In this document: positions 1 to 11,827 of the stretch, piece by piece
How the letters are laid out: each line of letters begins with the position of its first letter
Position numbering within the stretch: position 1 is the stretch's first letter
Position numbers and translations under genes: made by a program
Source: Longimicrobiales bacterium
Lineage (GTDB): Bacteria > Gemmatimonadota > Gemmatimonadetes > Longimicrobiales > Gaopeijiaceae
DNA length: 64,000 nt
Direction of reading: 5' to 3'
NCBI GenBank assembly: GCA_965202985.1
Contig: CBDBCF010000001.1
Span: forward strand, 384,001-448,000
Notes under the pieces: generated by a model
The model's input: only the letters and a program-made list of their open reading frames with translations
Told to the model about the DNA's origin: nothing
The model's database searches: none

Positions 1-1
1 C

Positions 2-2596
2 GGCGGGCTCACCAACGCCGGCGGGCGCTACAACGTGGTGGGCGTGCCGGCGGGCGCCTACCAGGTCGTCGTCCAGGTGATCGGCTTTTCGGCCGAGCCC
101 CAGGAGGCCGTGGTCGAACCCGGCGGCACGGTGGTTCTCGACTTCGACTTGATCTCGTCGGCGGTGTCGCTGGGCGGCATCGAGGTGCTCGCCGAGCGCG
201 CGGAGGAGCGCCGGACGCCGGTGGCGTTCACGGACGTGTCCAAGGCACAGATTCAGACCCAGCTGGGCTCGCGGGACCTGCCGCTGGTGCTGAGCGTCAC
301 GCCGTCGGTCTACTCGACGGCCCAGGGCGGAGGCGCCGGCGACGCGCGGATCAACGTTCGGGGGTTCAGCCAGCGGAACACGGCCGTGATGATCAACGGC
401 GTGCCCGTCAACGACATGGAGAACGGCTGGGTCTACTGGTCCAACTGGGACGGCTTGGGCGACGCCGCCACGAGTATCCAGCTCCAGCGCGGACTCAGCG
501 CGGTGAACCTGGCCACGCCGTCGATCGGGGGAACCCTGAACGTGATCACGGACCCGAGTCAGCAGCAGCCGGGCTACAACTTCAAGCAGGAGTTCGGCAG
601 CGGAAACTTCCTGAAGACGACGATGACGGCGTCCACGGGCCCGATCGGCAAGTTCGCGCTTACGGCGTCGGGCGTGCGGAAGACCGGAGACGGCCTGATC
701 GACGGGACCTGGACCGACGCGTGGTCCTACTACGTGGCGTCCCAGTACCGGCTCAGCGACGACAACCGGCTGGAGCTGTACGCGGTCGGCGCGCCGCAGC
801 GCCACGGTCAGAACTTGTACAAGCTCAACCTGGCCACGCTGGACCGGGAGTTCGCAGCCAGCTTGGACGACTACGATCGCGGCGGCTTGGATCGGTTCTC
901 GACCGAAGCGGGCCGCTATTGGAGCCCCAACGTGGGCGGCGTGAGCCCGTCGTACACCGGTCGCCAGTTCAACAGCACGGGTCCGGGCGCCGGCGTCTCC
1001 AGCCGCCACAGCCGGGACTTCATCAACGAACGGGAGAACTACTTCCACAAGCCCCAGGTCAACGTCAACTGGTACTCGTACTTGGGGAACGGCCTGACGA
1101 TGAACACCGTGGCCTACTACTCCGGCGGCAACGGCGGCGGCACCGGCACCTACGGCTCGCTGCGCTGGGACTATACGTACGGCCAGCGCTTCGCCGACTG
1201 GGACGCGACGATCGAGCGCAACCGAGGCAACGACAACGGCGCGTCTTCGGGCATCTTGCGCAACTCGGTGAACAACCAGGACACTTGGGGGGCCATCGCC
1301 AAGCTGCAGAAGGAGTTCGCCGGCGGGCTGACGACCGAGATCGGCGTGGACTGGCGGACCGCCACGATCGAGCACTACCGGGAGGTCCGGGACCTGCTGG
1401 GCGGCTCCTACTACAACGACTGCTTCCGGGGTTGCAGCTCCGACTTCTGGAGCGAGGCCGAGGGCGACCGAGGGCTGGGCGACAAGATCCACTACCACAA
1501 CGAGAACGACGTCAACTGGATCGGCGCACATCTGCAGGCGGAGAAGTCCTCGCAGGCCGGGTCGTTCTACGGGATGGTCGGCATGTCCAGAATCTCCTAC
1601 GACTTCACCGACTTCTTCAACCGGGGACCCGGCGGCGGCAACCTGCAGCTGAGCAGCGGGGGCATCACCGGCTACCAGCTCAAGGGCGGCGCCGTGCGCA
1701 ACTTGAACCCGGAGTGGTCGGTGTACGGCAACGTCGGACAGGTGTCCAAGGTGCCGATCTTCGACGGCGTGATCGACGACAACAACGGCGTCATGAACCG
1801 GGACCCGAAGAACGAGACGTTCCTTTCGTTCGAGGCGGGAACTCGATTCCGGTCGCTGAACCGACGTTTCTCGTTCGACGGCAACATCTACTTCACGCAG
1901 TGGAACGACCGGACCCGGAACCGGTTCGTCCCCAACCTGTTCGGCGAAGGCGAAGACGGATTGGTCAATCTGACGGGCGTCGACGCGCGCCACATGGGCG
2001 TGGAACTGGAAGGCGCCTTCCAGCCCGCCGACTACATGCGCTTCGACGCAGCCCTCTCCTGGGGCGACTGGAAGCACACCGACAACGCGTCGGGAAGCCT
2101 CAGGCCGGACGATCGGCAGTCGGAGACCATCGACTACACGTACTACATCAAGGACCTGTACGTGGGCGACGCGCCGCAGTTCCAGGTCGCCTACGCGCTC
2201 TCGCTGTTCCCGGCGGGCGGACTGTTCGTGCAAGCCGTGGGCAAGACCTTCGGAAAGCACTATGCGGACTACGATCCCTTCGGGCGCACTACGGACTTGG
2301 ACGAGGGCGTTCAGTCGTGGAGTCCGCCGGGGTACACGGTCTTCGACTTGCACGCTTCGTACCGTCTATCGCCGGAAGTCACTTCGATGTTCGGCGGAAA
2401 CGTTCGGCTGTTCCTGCACGTGTTCAACTTCTTCGACGCGGTCTACGTGCAGGACGCCGTCGACAACTCCCGCTACAACGGCTACTGGGACGACGCGGAG
2501 AGGGACCGAGGGTCGCTCAGCCACAAGGCCGACGACGCCGAAGTCTTCCTGGGCTACCCGCGTTCGCTGAACTTCGGCTTCCAGATCATGCACTGA
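2..2596 (+). CDS. TonB-dependent outer-membrane receptor (5' end lies before the window)
   Basis: Frame is open from position 2. Carboxypeptidase-regulatory-like N-terminus, plug motifs 'INVRGF..RNTAVMINGVPVND' and 'IQLQRG..SIGGTLNVIT', aromatic beta-barrel C-terminus 'PRSLNFGFQIMH'. Confidence 0.92.
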   Translation, partial: GGLTNAGGRYNVVGVPAGAYQVVVQVIGFSAEPQEAVVEPGGTVVLDFDLISSAVSLGGIEVLAERAEERRTPVAFTDVSKAQIQTQLGSRDLPLVLSVTPSVYSTAQGGGAGDARINVRGFSQRNTAVMINGVPVNDMENGWVYWSNWDGLGDAATSIQLQRGLSAVNLATPSIGGTLNVITDPSQQQPGYNFKQEFGSGNFLKTTMTASTGPIGKFALTASGVRKTGDGLIDGTWTDAWSYYVASQYRLSDDNRLELYAVGAPQRHGQNLYKLNLATLDREFAASLDDYDRGGLDRFSTEAGRYWSPNVGGVSPSYTGRQFNSTGPGAGVSSRHSRDFINERENYFHKPQVNVNWYSYLGNGLTMNTVAYYSGGNGGGTGTYGSLRWDYTYGQRFADWDATIERNRGNDNGASSGILRNSVNNQDTWGAIAKLQKEFAGGLTTEIGVDWRTATIEHYREVRDLLGGSYYNDCFRGCSSDFWSEAEGDRGLGDKIHYHNENDVNWIGAHLQAEKSSQAGSFYGMVGMSRISYDFTDFFNRGPGGGNLQLSSGGITGYQLKGGAVRNLNPEWSVYGNVGQVSKVPIFDGVIDDNNGVMNRDPKNETFLSFEAGTRFRSLNRRFSFDGNIYFTQWNDRTRNRFVPNLFGEGEDGLVNLTGVDARHMGVELEGAFQPADYMRFDAALSWGDWKHTDNASGSLRPDDRQSETIDYTYYIKDLYVGDAPQFQVAYALSLFPAGGLFVQAVGKTFGKHYADYDPFGRTTDLDEGVQSWSPPGYTVFDLHASYRLSPEVTSMFGGNVRLFLHVFNFFDAVYVQDAVDNSRYNGYWDDAERDRGSLSHKADDAEVFLGYPRSLNFGFQIMH

Positions 2597-2619
2597 GTCG
2601 GGCCGACGCCTGAACGAGC

Positions 2620-2660
2620 AAGGCCCCCGCGCCCGGCAAGGAGCTGGCGCGGGGGCCTTT
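2620..2660. terminator. Rho-independent terminator between convergent genes, probably bidirectional
   Basis: AAGGCCCCCGCGCC ... GGCGCGGGGGCCTT 14-bp inverted repeat just after the receptor stop. Confidence 0.8.
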
Positions 2661-2682
2661 GCGTTGCGCGTCCGCTACGCGG

Positions 2683-3291
2683 CTACTCGAGCTCCGCCGG
2701 GCGCCCGGGCTTTCGGCCCAGGACGGCAATCCGTCGCCGAAGCAGCGGAACGAAGCGCTGGCATGCGCGCTCGACGAGCCGAAGTCCGGGCAAGTGGGAC
2801 TCGGCGAAGTAGGTGCGTTCGATCTCGAACCCGGCGGCGGCGAGCAAGCTCTTCATGCGGGCCATGGACTTGTAGTCCACGTGGCTGGGGTCCCGCTTGA
2901 GCAGGATGTCGCGGTGCTTGAGGGCTTCCAAGAAGTGGGCGCGGCACGGCGTCCAAGCCCCTAGTCGCCCGCCCGGCTTCAGAACGCGAAACGCCTCGGC
3001 GGTCACCAACTCCGAGTCGTCGGGGTAGAGGTGCTCGAAGAGGTCGGCGGCCACCACAAGGTCGAAGCCGGCGGCGTCCAGCCCCGTGCGACGGGCGTCG
3101 CCGACCTGGAACCTCACGTTCGCGGTCCCGGCTTGGGTCAGCCTGCCGTTGCACTCGTCCACGGCGCGCTGCGAAAAGTCGATCCCCACGACCTCGCTTG
3201 CCCGGCGCGCCATGGCGTAGCTGATCGTTCCCCACCCGCACCCCAAATCCAGCACGCGGTCCGAAGGCGACGGCGCGCAGAGCTCCAGCAC
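2683..3291 (-). CDS. Class I SAM-dependent methyltransferase (frame stays open upstream to 3411; true start may be there)
   Basis: Motif I 'VLDLGCGWG', then 'VVGIDFS', 'GDA', 'FDLVVA..FEHL', 'RVLKPGG'. Confidence 0.88.
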   Translation of the reverse strand: MLELCAPSPSDRVLDLGCGWGTISYAMARRASEVVGIDFSQRAVDECNGRLTQAGTANVRFQVGDARRTGLDAAGFDLVVAADLFEHLYPDDSELVTAEAFRVLKPGGRLGAWTPCRAHFLEALKHRDILLKRDPSHVDYKSMARMKSLLAAAGFEIERTYFAESHLPGLRLVERACQRFVPLLRRRIAVLGRKPGRPAELE

Positions 3292-3404
3292 CTTGCGGAT
3301 TCGATAGCGCTGGAACGGGCTGGCGAAGTCCCGAAGGTGGGCAGCCCCTTCGAAGTATCCCGACTCGTCGTAGTACGCCCGACCTACGCGCTCGTCGGAA
3401 GGTC

Positions 3405-3710
3405 CTACCAGGAAGACTTCCTAACGCCGGGGATCAGGCCGTGAAGGGACATCTCCCGGAAGGCGATCCTGGAGATGCCGAACTTGCCGATGAAGCCCCG
3501 GGGACGGCCGGTGACCTGGCACCGGTTGCGGTATCGGACCGCCGCCGAGTCCCGCGGAAGCGCCTGGAGCTCGGCCATGGCCTCTCGCTTCTCGACGGGC
3601 GTGGCGTCCGGGTCCTTGACCACGGCCACGAGCTTGGCGCGCCGCTCGGCGTACTTGTCGATCATGCGCGTCCGCACCTTGTTCCTCTGAAGCTTGCCCT
3701 TCTTGGCCAT
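3405..3710 (-). CDS. rpsN: 30S ribosomal protein S14, long Zn-independent (C-) type
   Basis: 101 aa: 'MAKK', 'LQALPRDS', '[14 protein letters not shown]', '[11 protein letters not shown]', '[11 protein letters not shown]'. GGAG RBS upstream. Confidence 0.97.
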   Translation of the reverse strand: MAKKGKLQRNKVRTRMIDKYAERRAKLVAVVKDPDATPVEKREAMAELQALPRDSAAVRYRNRCQVTGRPRGFIGKFGISRIAFREMSLHGLIPGVRKSSW

Positions 3711-3781
3711 GTCTCTCCGGTTCCGCTGCGCTGGTTCGCTGATTTCGCACGGCCCGGTCGTCTACGCTGGGCCAGTTCATG

Positions 3782-3810
3782 AACGTAAGGGGTGTGGGAC
3801 GCGGCCTCAA
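3782..3810 (-). promoter_or_regulatory. Putative sigma70 promoter of rpsN
   Basis: TTGAGG-17 bp-TACGTT on the minus strand. Confidence 0.45.
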
Positions 3811-3814
3811 GGGG

Positions 3815-4630
3815 TCAGGCGACGTCGAACAGATCGCTCTGCTTTCCTCGGGCGTTGGACGGTCTGTACTTCCTGAGCGAGTAGAGGTCGCCGATTCCCA
3901 GGGTGGCAGCCCGGTCCAGAAGGCGCAGGAAGACGCGGGCCGTGGCCAGCGCGTCGCCGTACGCCCGATGCCGCTGGTGCACGGGAATGTCGAAGTGCTC
4001 GGACAGGGCGTCCAGGTTGTGGTTCGACAGGCCGGGCAGAAGGCGCCGGGCCAGCCGCACCGTGCAGAGCCGCTCCACCGTGGGGACGTCGCCCAGCACG
4101 TCCGCCAGAGTCGCCCGAAGCCAGCCCCAGTCGAAGGCGGCGCTGTGGGCGACGAAGACCCGGCCCTCGATGCGGCGGTAGACCTCTTCGGCCACCTCGT
4201 CGAATGAGGGGGCCGCGATCACCATCTCGGTGGTGATCCCCGTGAGGCGCTCGGTGGCGAAGGGCACGCGGCGCCCAGGGTTCAGCAGCGTTTGGAACTC
4301 GCCGGCCACGGCGCCGTCCCGCACATCCACGATCGCCAGCTCGGTCATGCGATGGCCGTTCCGGTAGCGTCCGCCCGTGGTCTCCACGTCCACGACCGCG
4401 TAGCGCAGGCTGGCCAGCGGCGCACCAGGCGGCGGACCCGGGTTGCCGCGAAGTCGCCACGTGTCCGCTTCGGCTTCGAAGCGGTCGTCGCCCGCCAGCA
4501 GGGCGGAAACGGCGGCGGTCGCGGCACGGGCGTTGCCGTTCATGCGAAGGATCCGCTTGGCCAGCTCGGTGGCGTGGAGCGGGCCGGTCCGGAGCGCCTC
4601 CCAGGCGTCTTGCAGGAGGGAGCGTTGCAA
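3815..4630 (-). CDS. DEDDh 3'-5' exonuclease (DnaQ/PolC-exonuclease-like) with N-terminal extension
   Basis: ExoI 'VVDVETTG', ExoII 'AHSAAFD', ExoIII 'HRAYGDA'. Start taken as the TTG at 4630, just after rex; the longer ORF overlaps rex. Confidence 0.85.
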   Translation of the reverse strand: MQRSLLQDAWEALRTGPLHATELAKRILRMNGNARAATAAVSALLAGDDRFEAEADTWRLRGNPGPPPGAPLASLRYAVVDVETTGGRYRNGHRMTELAIVDVRDGAVAGEFQTLLNPGRRVPFATERLTGITTEMVIAAPSFDEVAEEVYRRIEGRVFVAHSAAFDWGWLRATLADVLGDVPTVERLCTVRLARRLLPGLSNHNLDALSEHFDIPVHQRHRAYGDALATARVFLRLLDRAATLGIGDLYSLRKYRPSNARGKQSDLFDVA

Positions 4631-4653
4631 GCGTCGGGCGGCGGCGGCCCGCC

Positions 4654-5340
4654 TCAGGACCTGCCGGTCGGCAAAGGCGGTTGGGCGTCCGCGGGTTCGC
4701 GGCCGGCGACGGCGCTTCGGGTCAGCGCGTAGGACAAGCCTTCCAGCTCCAGGAGCATGCTCACGCTGCCCACGGCCACGTCCTCGGGCACGCGCAGCTG
4801 GACGGGCGCGTAGTTGAGGATCGCCTTGACGCCGGCGGACACGACCAGGTCCGCCACCTCCTGCGCCGCCGATGCGGGAACGGCGACGATGACCAGGTCG
4901 GTGCCGTCCTCCTCGATGGCTCGCTCCAGCTCGCGGGCGTGGCGGATGCGCACGTCGCCCAGGCGGCGGCCGGCCTTGGCGGGGTCGATGTCCACCACCG
5001 TCGTGATGGCGAAGCCGCGCTTGCGAAAGGGTTCGTACTCGAAGAGGGCCGTGCCGATCCGGCCTGCGCCCACCAGCGCCACCCGCCACACGGCGCCCAG
5101 TCCCAGGACATCGCGCAACACTCGCGTCAACTCGGCCACCGAGTAGCCCAGGCCGCGCTTCCCGAAGGAGCCCAAGTGGGACAGGTCCTTGCGAACTTGG
5201 GCCGCCGTGGTTCCCCCGTGTTCGGCCAGCACGCCGCTGGGCGCCGTGGTTACGCCGGCGCCGCCCAGTTCTTCCAGCGAACGCAGGTAGAGCGAAAACC
5301 GCCGCACCGTCCCGGCCGGGATCCTGTTCGCGGACCTCAC
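4654..5340 (-). CDS. rex: Redox-sensing transcriptional repressor Rex
   Basis: 'IP..TVRRFSLYLR', 'QVRKDLSHLGSFGKRGLGY', Rossmann 'LVGAGRIG', 'ILNYAP'. Confidence 0.95.
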   Translation of the reverse strand: MRSANRIPAGTVRRFSLYLRSLEELGGAGVTTAPSGVLAEHGGTTAAQVRKDLSHLGSFGKRGLGYSVAELTRVLRDVLGLGAVWRVALVGAGRIGTALFEYEPFRKRGFAITTVVDIDPAKAGRRLGDVRIRHARELERAIEEDGTDLVIVAVPASAAQEVADLVVSAGVKAILNYAPVQLRVPEDVAVGSVSMLLELEGLSYALTRSAVAGREPADAQPPLPTGRS

Positions 5341-5383
5341 GAGGTCGGGGAGTCGCCTTCCTGGGCCTGCCGCGCGCGCCCTC

Positions 5384-6904
<1,521 letters not shown>

Positions 6905-7013
6905 CGCTTCAGAATCCTCGTGGGGTAACTCGGCAGTCGTGCTTGGGCAGGGCGCTCCGGCTGGGCCCGGCAACCGGCCCGCTCGACTTCCAACCAGAGG
7001 CCGATGCCGACTC

Positions 7014-7042
7014 AGCGTAGCCGGTTCTTCTCCGCCAATCAA
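7014..7042 (-). promoter_or_regulatory. Putative sigma70 promoter of ahcY-rex
   Basis: TTGATT-17 bp-TACGCT about 110 nt upstream of the ahcY ATG. Confidence 0.5.
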
Positions 7043-7079
7043 GGTTGGGCCGACGCAAACCCAGGCAGGAGGCCGCAAT

Positions 7080-10000
7080 CTAGTCCAGCAAGCCCTCCAT
7101 GGCCGCCGAGGCCTCCCATTCCGCGTCGGAGCGGGAGATCCCCTGCCGCTGGTCGCGCGAGAGCCACTTGGCACGGCTTCCCGAAGCGGTGCGCTCGACC
7201 TCCAACACGTGGTCGACCTGCTCGGCGACGGCGCGCACATGGGAGATCACGCCGACCATGCGTCCCTTCGCCGCCACGGTTCCCAGCGCCTCGACGGCGG
7301 CGTCCAGGTTGCTGCGATCCAGGGAGCCGAACCCCTCGTCCAGGAAGAGCGACTCCAGCCGCCCCCCGGAGCGCGCCATCATCTCCACCATCCCAAGGGC
7401 CAGCGCCAGCGACGCGATGAACTGCTCGCCCCCCGACAGGCTGGCCGGCGACCGGGGCTGGCCGGACTCGTCGTCCAGCACTTGCCACTGCACTTCTTCG
7501 TTCTCGGGGTCCACGAACGAGTACTTGCCGCCGCTGATCTCGCCGAGCATTCGAGATGCATGGATCAGCAGGCTGCGCGAGCGTTGCAGGGTCAGCCACT
7601 TGGGGAAGGCGCCGTCCTTGAGGGCCTTGTCCAGGTCGCCGAGGGCGCGTTCCAGATCGCCGGCCTCGTCGAACAGGGCTCGGAGGGCGACGACGTCGTC
7701 CTTGATCGCGGCGAAGTCGTCGCGCTGGCGAGCATTGGTGCGGGCGGCGTAATCCGCGTCGTCGCGGGCGCTGTCGGCTTTGGTCACGACGTCTTCGGGG
7801 GCGGTCGGGAGTTCATCGGGCAGGGAGTCGACAGTTCCCGTTCCTGCGTCGAGCACGGGTTCCGCCTCGAAACGCCGGGCGACCAAGCGGCGGCCCAGCT
7901 CTTCCAAGGCGTCTCGTGCAGCCTGCTCCGCCGCGGCCGCCTCCTTGACGCGCTCTCGAGCGGCTTTGACGACGGCCAACGCGAGGCGGTGCAGGTTCCG
8001 CATCCATTCCTGGTGCACGGCCGGGGCTGTGGCAGAGGGCGCGCCGGGGAGGTCCGCGACGGCCCCCAGCGCGTCGCCCAAGGCTAGTGTGTTGACGGCC
8101 TGGAGCACGTCGTCGCGGTGGGAACCAAGCTTCTCGGCGATGTCGGAGAGGGGGCGACCGACTTCGTCGACCCGACGTCGCGCAAGGGATTCCCGTGCCT
8201 CGTCGGCTTCCTCCATCTCCCGATTGAGCCGTCGCCGTTGCCGCTCCCGATGCTCCAAGACGCGCCCGCGTTCCTGGGCTGCCGCTATGGGGCCGCTGGC
8301 CGCCGACCGATCGATCTTGTCCAGCTGTGCCGGGTCCGTAGGGAGGTCCGCTCGCGGTCGGTACGGCGACGGAGTCTCGTCCACGTTCCGTGCCAGTCGC
8401 GCCAACGCATCGACGGCAGTGCGCCGGGCCGCCTCCGCCAGCTCGTCGGCGCCGTTCGCCTCGGCTTCCGCCGTCGCGGCGTCGTTGGAGAGGCGCGCTT
8501 GCTCTTTCTCCAGGGTCTTGTGCTCGTCGTCGTGCCGGGCCAGCGCATCGGACGCCTCCTGGTGGACAGCCTCCAGCGGGCGAAGCAGCGACTCCATGGA
8601 AGGGAGGAGCGGTGCATCGGCGGCGGGTGCGTCGTTGGAAGCGGCGTCGGGGTCGTCGGAATTGGAGATGTCGTCGGCCGTCCCCGCGAAGAGGTCGCGG
8701 GAGCCGTCCACGAACTCGGCCGCGATCTCCTTCACGGTCGACCTGTACTCTGCCGAGGCTTGCTTTGCATTGGCGCGCGCATCGTTCAGCTGCCTGTCCA
8801 CGGACCGCCACTCTGCACCCACGTTCGCGGCTTTCTGGTCCAACTCCTGGGCGGCCCTCCGCGCATTGCGCGCAACCGCCTCCGCTTCGGCGTGACCGGC
8901 GTCCTCGGGCGGCGACCAGCCCACCGGGAGACCCCGCCGACACACCGGGCAGTCGTCTCCCGCGTGAAGCCCGTGGGCAGCCGCTGCGGCCGCGTTGGCG
9001 CGGTGGGCGTCGGCCAGTCTCTCCTCCGACTCGTCGACGGCCGCCTTGGCCTTCCCTGCTTCATCGGCGGCATTCTCGACCTTGGCCGCCAGTTCAGCCC
9101 GCCGGTCCGCCAGGTCGGCGACCTCCGTCTGCGCCTCGGTGGCCCTGTTCCGCAACCCGTCGCACCTCTGATGCGCAAGGCGTGCATCCTCCCGACGGGC
9201 GCGGGCAGCTTCGCAGGCTTCGGCAAGGGGTCGGCGACGCTGGGCATGGCGCTCCGCCTTCTGCGTCGACTTCTTGGCCGCTTCCTTCGCTTGGCCAGCA
9301 ACCTTGCGCGTGCCTTCAGCCGCTGTCGCCTTCCGGCGCATCTCGCCGGCCGCCTCAACCGCCTCCGCCCCCAAGTCGTCGAAGCTGTTCAGCGCGGCCA
9401 GGGCCGTGGCGACCTCCGTCTGGTCCGGGCCGTCCTCCGACGGGATGCGGGCCAGCTCGTCGCGGAGGCTCGCCCGCTTCCGCTTCCACTTCTCGTCAGC
9501 CTTGTCGATTTCTCGCAAGCGCTCCGCGACGGGCGCGATCTGGGCTTCCGCCTCCTCGATCCGCGACAAACCCGGCTCCACGCGGTCGATCTCCGCCGAG
9601 GCCTGCTTCCGGTCCTTGCGGGCTGCTTCCAGCGAGCGAAACGCCTGGGACGCCTCCTCCGCCAGCCCCGCAGCCTTGTCCGCCTTCTGTCGGGCCGTCG
9701 CAACCGCTTCGCTCAGATGCGCCAAGTGCGCCTCCGGGTCCTCCGGGTGCACGGTCGCCTCTTGTCCAAGCTGCGCTCGAATCTCGACCAGATCCCGCAG
9801 CGCCTCCGACGCAAGCTCGCCAACGGCCTCCAGGTCCCGGGTCGGCCAGAGCCGGCGAAGGACCTTGCTCCGATCGGCGGGTCGGTCCTCCACCAGAAGC
9901 CTCGCGAAGCGGCCCTGCGGCAGGACTACGGTGCGAAGGAAGGCGTCGCTGTCGAGTCCGATCATCCGTTCGACGCGCTCGTTGACCGGCCGAACCTGGT

Positions 10001-10352
10001 CCACGACCTCGAGCGGCTCGCCGTCCTTTCCCAGAAGCCGCAGCCGAGCCCCGGACGGCTTGACTTGGCCCTTTCCGTCCCGACGCAGCGTCCTCACCAC
10101 CTCCCACTCCTGGTCCGACACCTGAAAACGCAGCACGACGCGCATCTTGTCGGAGGTGTCGTTCATCAGGTCCTGGTTTTGCCCGGCGAAGCTGGTCTTG
10201 CCGTAGAGGGCGTAGGTCATCGCCTCCAGGATCGAGGACTTGCCGGCCCCGGTGTCGCCCACGACGGCGATCTGATCCCGGTCGCCGAAGTCGATCTCGA
10301 CCTGCTTGCGGAACGACCGCAGCCCCTCGATGCGCAACGACAGCGGGCGCAC
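7080..10352 (-). CDS. sbcC: SbcC/Rad50-like SMC ATPase
   Basis: Walker A 'GDTGAGKSS', Q-loop 'LPQGRF', long coiled coils with central zinc hook 'CPVC', signature 'LSGGE', '[11 protein letters not shown]', 'ISHV'. Start set at GTG 10352 ('[14 protein letters not shown]'). Confidence 0.93.
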   Translation of the reverse strand: MRPLSLRIEGLRSFRKQVEIDFGDRDQIAVVGDTGAGKSSILEAMTYALYGKTSFAGQNQDLMNDTSDKMRVVLRFQVSDQEWEVVRTLRRDGKGQVKPSGARLRLLGKDGEPLEVVDQVRPVNERVERMIGLDSDAFLRTVVLPQGRFARLLVEDRPADRSKVLRRLWPTRDLEAVGELASEALRDLVEIRAQLGQEATVHPEDPEAHLAHLSEAVATARQKADKAAGLAEEASQAFRSLEAARKDRKQASAEIDRVEPGLSRIEEAEAQIAPVAERLREIDKADEKWKRKRASLRDELARIPSEDGPDQTEVATALAALNSFDDLGAEAVEAAGEMRRKATAAEGTRKVAGQAKEAAKKSTQKAERHAQRRRPLAEACEAARARREDARLAHQRCDGLRNRATEAQTEVADLADRRAELAAKVENAADEAGKAKAAVDESEERLADAHRANAAAAAAHGLHAGDDCPVCRRGLPVGWSPPEDAGHAEAEAVARNARRAAQELDQKAANVGAEWRSVDRQLNDARANAKQASAEYRSTVKEIAAEFVDGSRDLFAGTADDISNSDDPDAASNDAPAADAPLLPSMESLLRPLEAVHQEASDALARHDDEHKTLEKEQARLSNDAATAEAEANGADELAEAARRTAVDALARLARNVDETPSPYRPRADLPTDPAQLDKIDRSAASGPIAAAQERGRVLEHRERQRRRLNREMEEADEARESLARRRVDEVGRPLSDIAEKLGSHRDDVLQAVNTLALGDALGAVADLPGAPSATAPAVHQEWMRNLHRLALAVVKAARERVKEAAAAEQAARDALEELGRRLVARRFEAEPVLDAGTGTVDSLPDELPTAPEDVVTKADSARDDADYAARTNARQRDDFAAIKDDVVALRALFDEAGDLERALGDLDKALKDGAFPKWLTLQRSRSLLIHASRMLGEISGGKYSFVDPENEEVQWQVLDDESGQPRSPASLSGGEQFIASLALALGMVEMMARSGGRLESLFLDEGFGSLDRSNLDAAVEALGTVAAKGRMVGVISHVRAVAEQVDHVLEVERTASGSRAKWLSRDQRQGISRSDAEWEASAAMEGLLD

Positions 10353-10356
10353 CGCG

Positions 10357-11679
10357 TCAGCCCTCCGTTCCCGGCAAACCGCTTCGGCTCCCGACAGAGC
10401 CCGTCGCTCCGCCGGCTCCATTCCGAAGTCGTCCCGTCGCGAGCGCCGCCAGCGTTTCCTTCGCCCGCGCCGTCAAGTCGCCCACGCCGAAGTCGGCTCC
10501 CTCTTCCCGACCGCCCGTTCCCAGCGCCTGGACGAAGAGCGCACGCACCCGCTCGTCGGCCGCCGTGCGCTGTCCCCTGGTCGCCGCCGACCCCCGCCAC
10601 TCCATGAACAAGTCCTCCATCGGCGGCTCGGGGCCGTCGTCGCTCTCGGCCTCCGAGATCGACTTCGCCCGATGGTTCGCAACGTCGTTCGCCACATTGA
10701 ACACGGCGCACTCGGGCGACCACTCGTACAGCTGGTCGGCAAGGTTAGGGATCGGTTCGTCCGACACGACGCGGGCCTTGAGGATGACGTCGTTCAGCCC
10801 CCCGTCCTGGGCCTCGTCCTCCAGCTCGTCCAGCGTGCCTGCGAACTCCCGCAATCGTCGGCCGGGAGGCAGGCGGTGGGACTCGACGTGGACGCCGTCG
10901 TCGTCGATGCGAACTTCGACCGCCATCTTGTCGTGCTTGATCTCCCCGAAGTCCAGCCGCACGAGGGAGCCGGCGTAGCGTCCGGTGGCCGTCCCGCCCG
11001 GCAGGAGCTGGGGGTCGTGGATGTGGCCGAAAGCGCAGTAGAGCGCCCGATCCAGTCCGTCCGTATGCGTGGCGTAGTCCTCGCCGACGGTCAGCCGTCG
11101 CTCCGAGGCGCCGGGCTTGGCCCCGTGAAGGTGCAGGTGCGCCGCGTAGAGGACGATGCCGTCCGACCCCGCCGCTTGTTCCGCTTTGTCGAGAACTCGG
11201 CGGTTCACCGTCCTGATGCCGTCGGCATACGTGCCCTCGAAACGCTCGTGCTGGACGGAAGCGTAGTCCACGATTGCACCGGTGGGGATGAACGGCACGC
11301 ACGCGACCGCGACCGGCTGGTCGGCGATCTCCGGGTACTCCGCCACGGTCGGCTCGACGACCATGCGAAGGCGGTCTCGGCCAGCGGCTCCCGCAAGCTC
11401 GTTGATCACCTCGAAGAGCTTGCGAGAGTCGTGGTTGCCGCGGATCACGAGGGTCGGCGCGACCTCCGCCAGCCGGTTCAGCGCCTGAACCCCCATGCGG
11501 AGCGCCTCGTAGGGCGGCCTGGGGGCGTCGAAGAGGTCGCCGGCGTGGAGGATCAGGTCGGGCCGAACGTCCTGGGCGATGTCGAGCAGGCCCCGCAGGG
11601 CTTCGTGCTGGTCGGGGCCGCGGTCGTGGCGGCCCAGTCGGGCCCCCAAGTGCCAGTCGGACGTGTGAAGGAGGATCAC
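10357..11679 (-). CDS. sbcD: SbcD/Mre11-like metallophosphoesterase nuclease
   Basis: 'LHTSDWHLG', 'AGDLFD', 'GNHD', 'GHIH', 'YAGSL..LDFGE'. Confidence 0.93.
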   Translation of the reverse strand: MILLHTSDWHLGARLGRHDRGPDQHEALRGLLDIAQDVRPDLILHAGDLFDAPRPPYEALRMGVQALNRLAEVAPTLVIRGNHDSRKLFEVINELAGAAGRDRLRMVVEPTVAEYPEIADQPVAVACVPFIPTGAIVDYASVQHERFEGTYADGIRTVNRRVLDKAEQAAGSDGIVLYAAHLHLHGAKPGASERRLTVGEDYATHTDGLDRALYCAFGHIHDPQLLPGGTATGRYAGSLVRLDFGEIKHDKMAVEVRIDDDGVHVESHRLPPGRRLREFAGTLDELEDEAQDGGLNDVILKARVVSDEPIPNLADQLYEWSPECAVFNVANDVANHRAKSISEAESDDGPEPPMEDLFMEWRGSAATRGQRTAADERVRALFVQALGTGGREEGADFGVGDLTARAKETLAALATGRLRNGAGGATGSVGSRSGLPGTEG

Positions 11680-11685
11680 GCGACC

Positions 11686-11713
11686 AATCTACGGAGGCGA
11701 AGCGACAGGTCAA
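11686..11713 (-). promoter_or_regulatory. Putative promoter giving a leaderless sbcD transcript
   Basis: TTGACC-16 bp-TAGATT ends 6 nt before the sbcD GTG; no SD in between. Confidence 0.55.
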
Positions 11714-11737
11714 GCGACGCGGGCGCCGACCCCCGGC

Positions 11738-11827
11738 GTTTCTTGACTGGAAGCCGCATGCAAAGCCGAGAATTCCCGTAAGTCCTTGTCCATCATGGAC
11801 TTGCTTTCTTGACTGTTTCTTGACTGG
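11738..11827. repeat. Three TTTCTTGACTG direct repeats around an AAGTCC-N11-GGACTT palindrome
   Basis: Copies at 11739, 11805 and 11816; palindrome 11780-11802. Confidence 0.75.
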
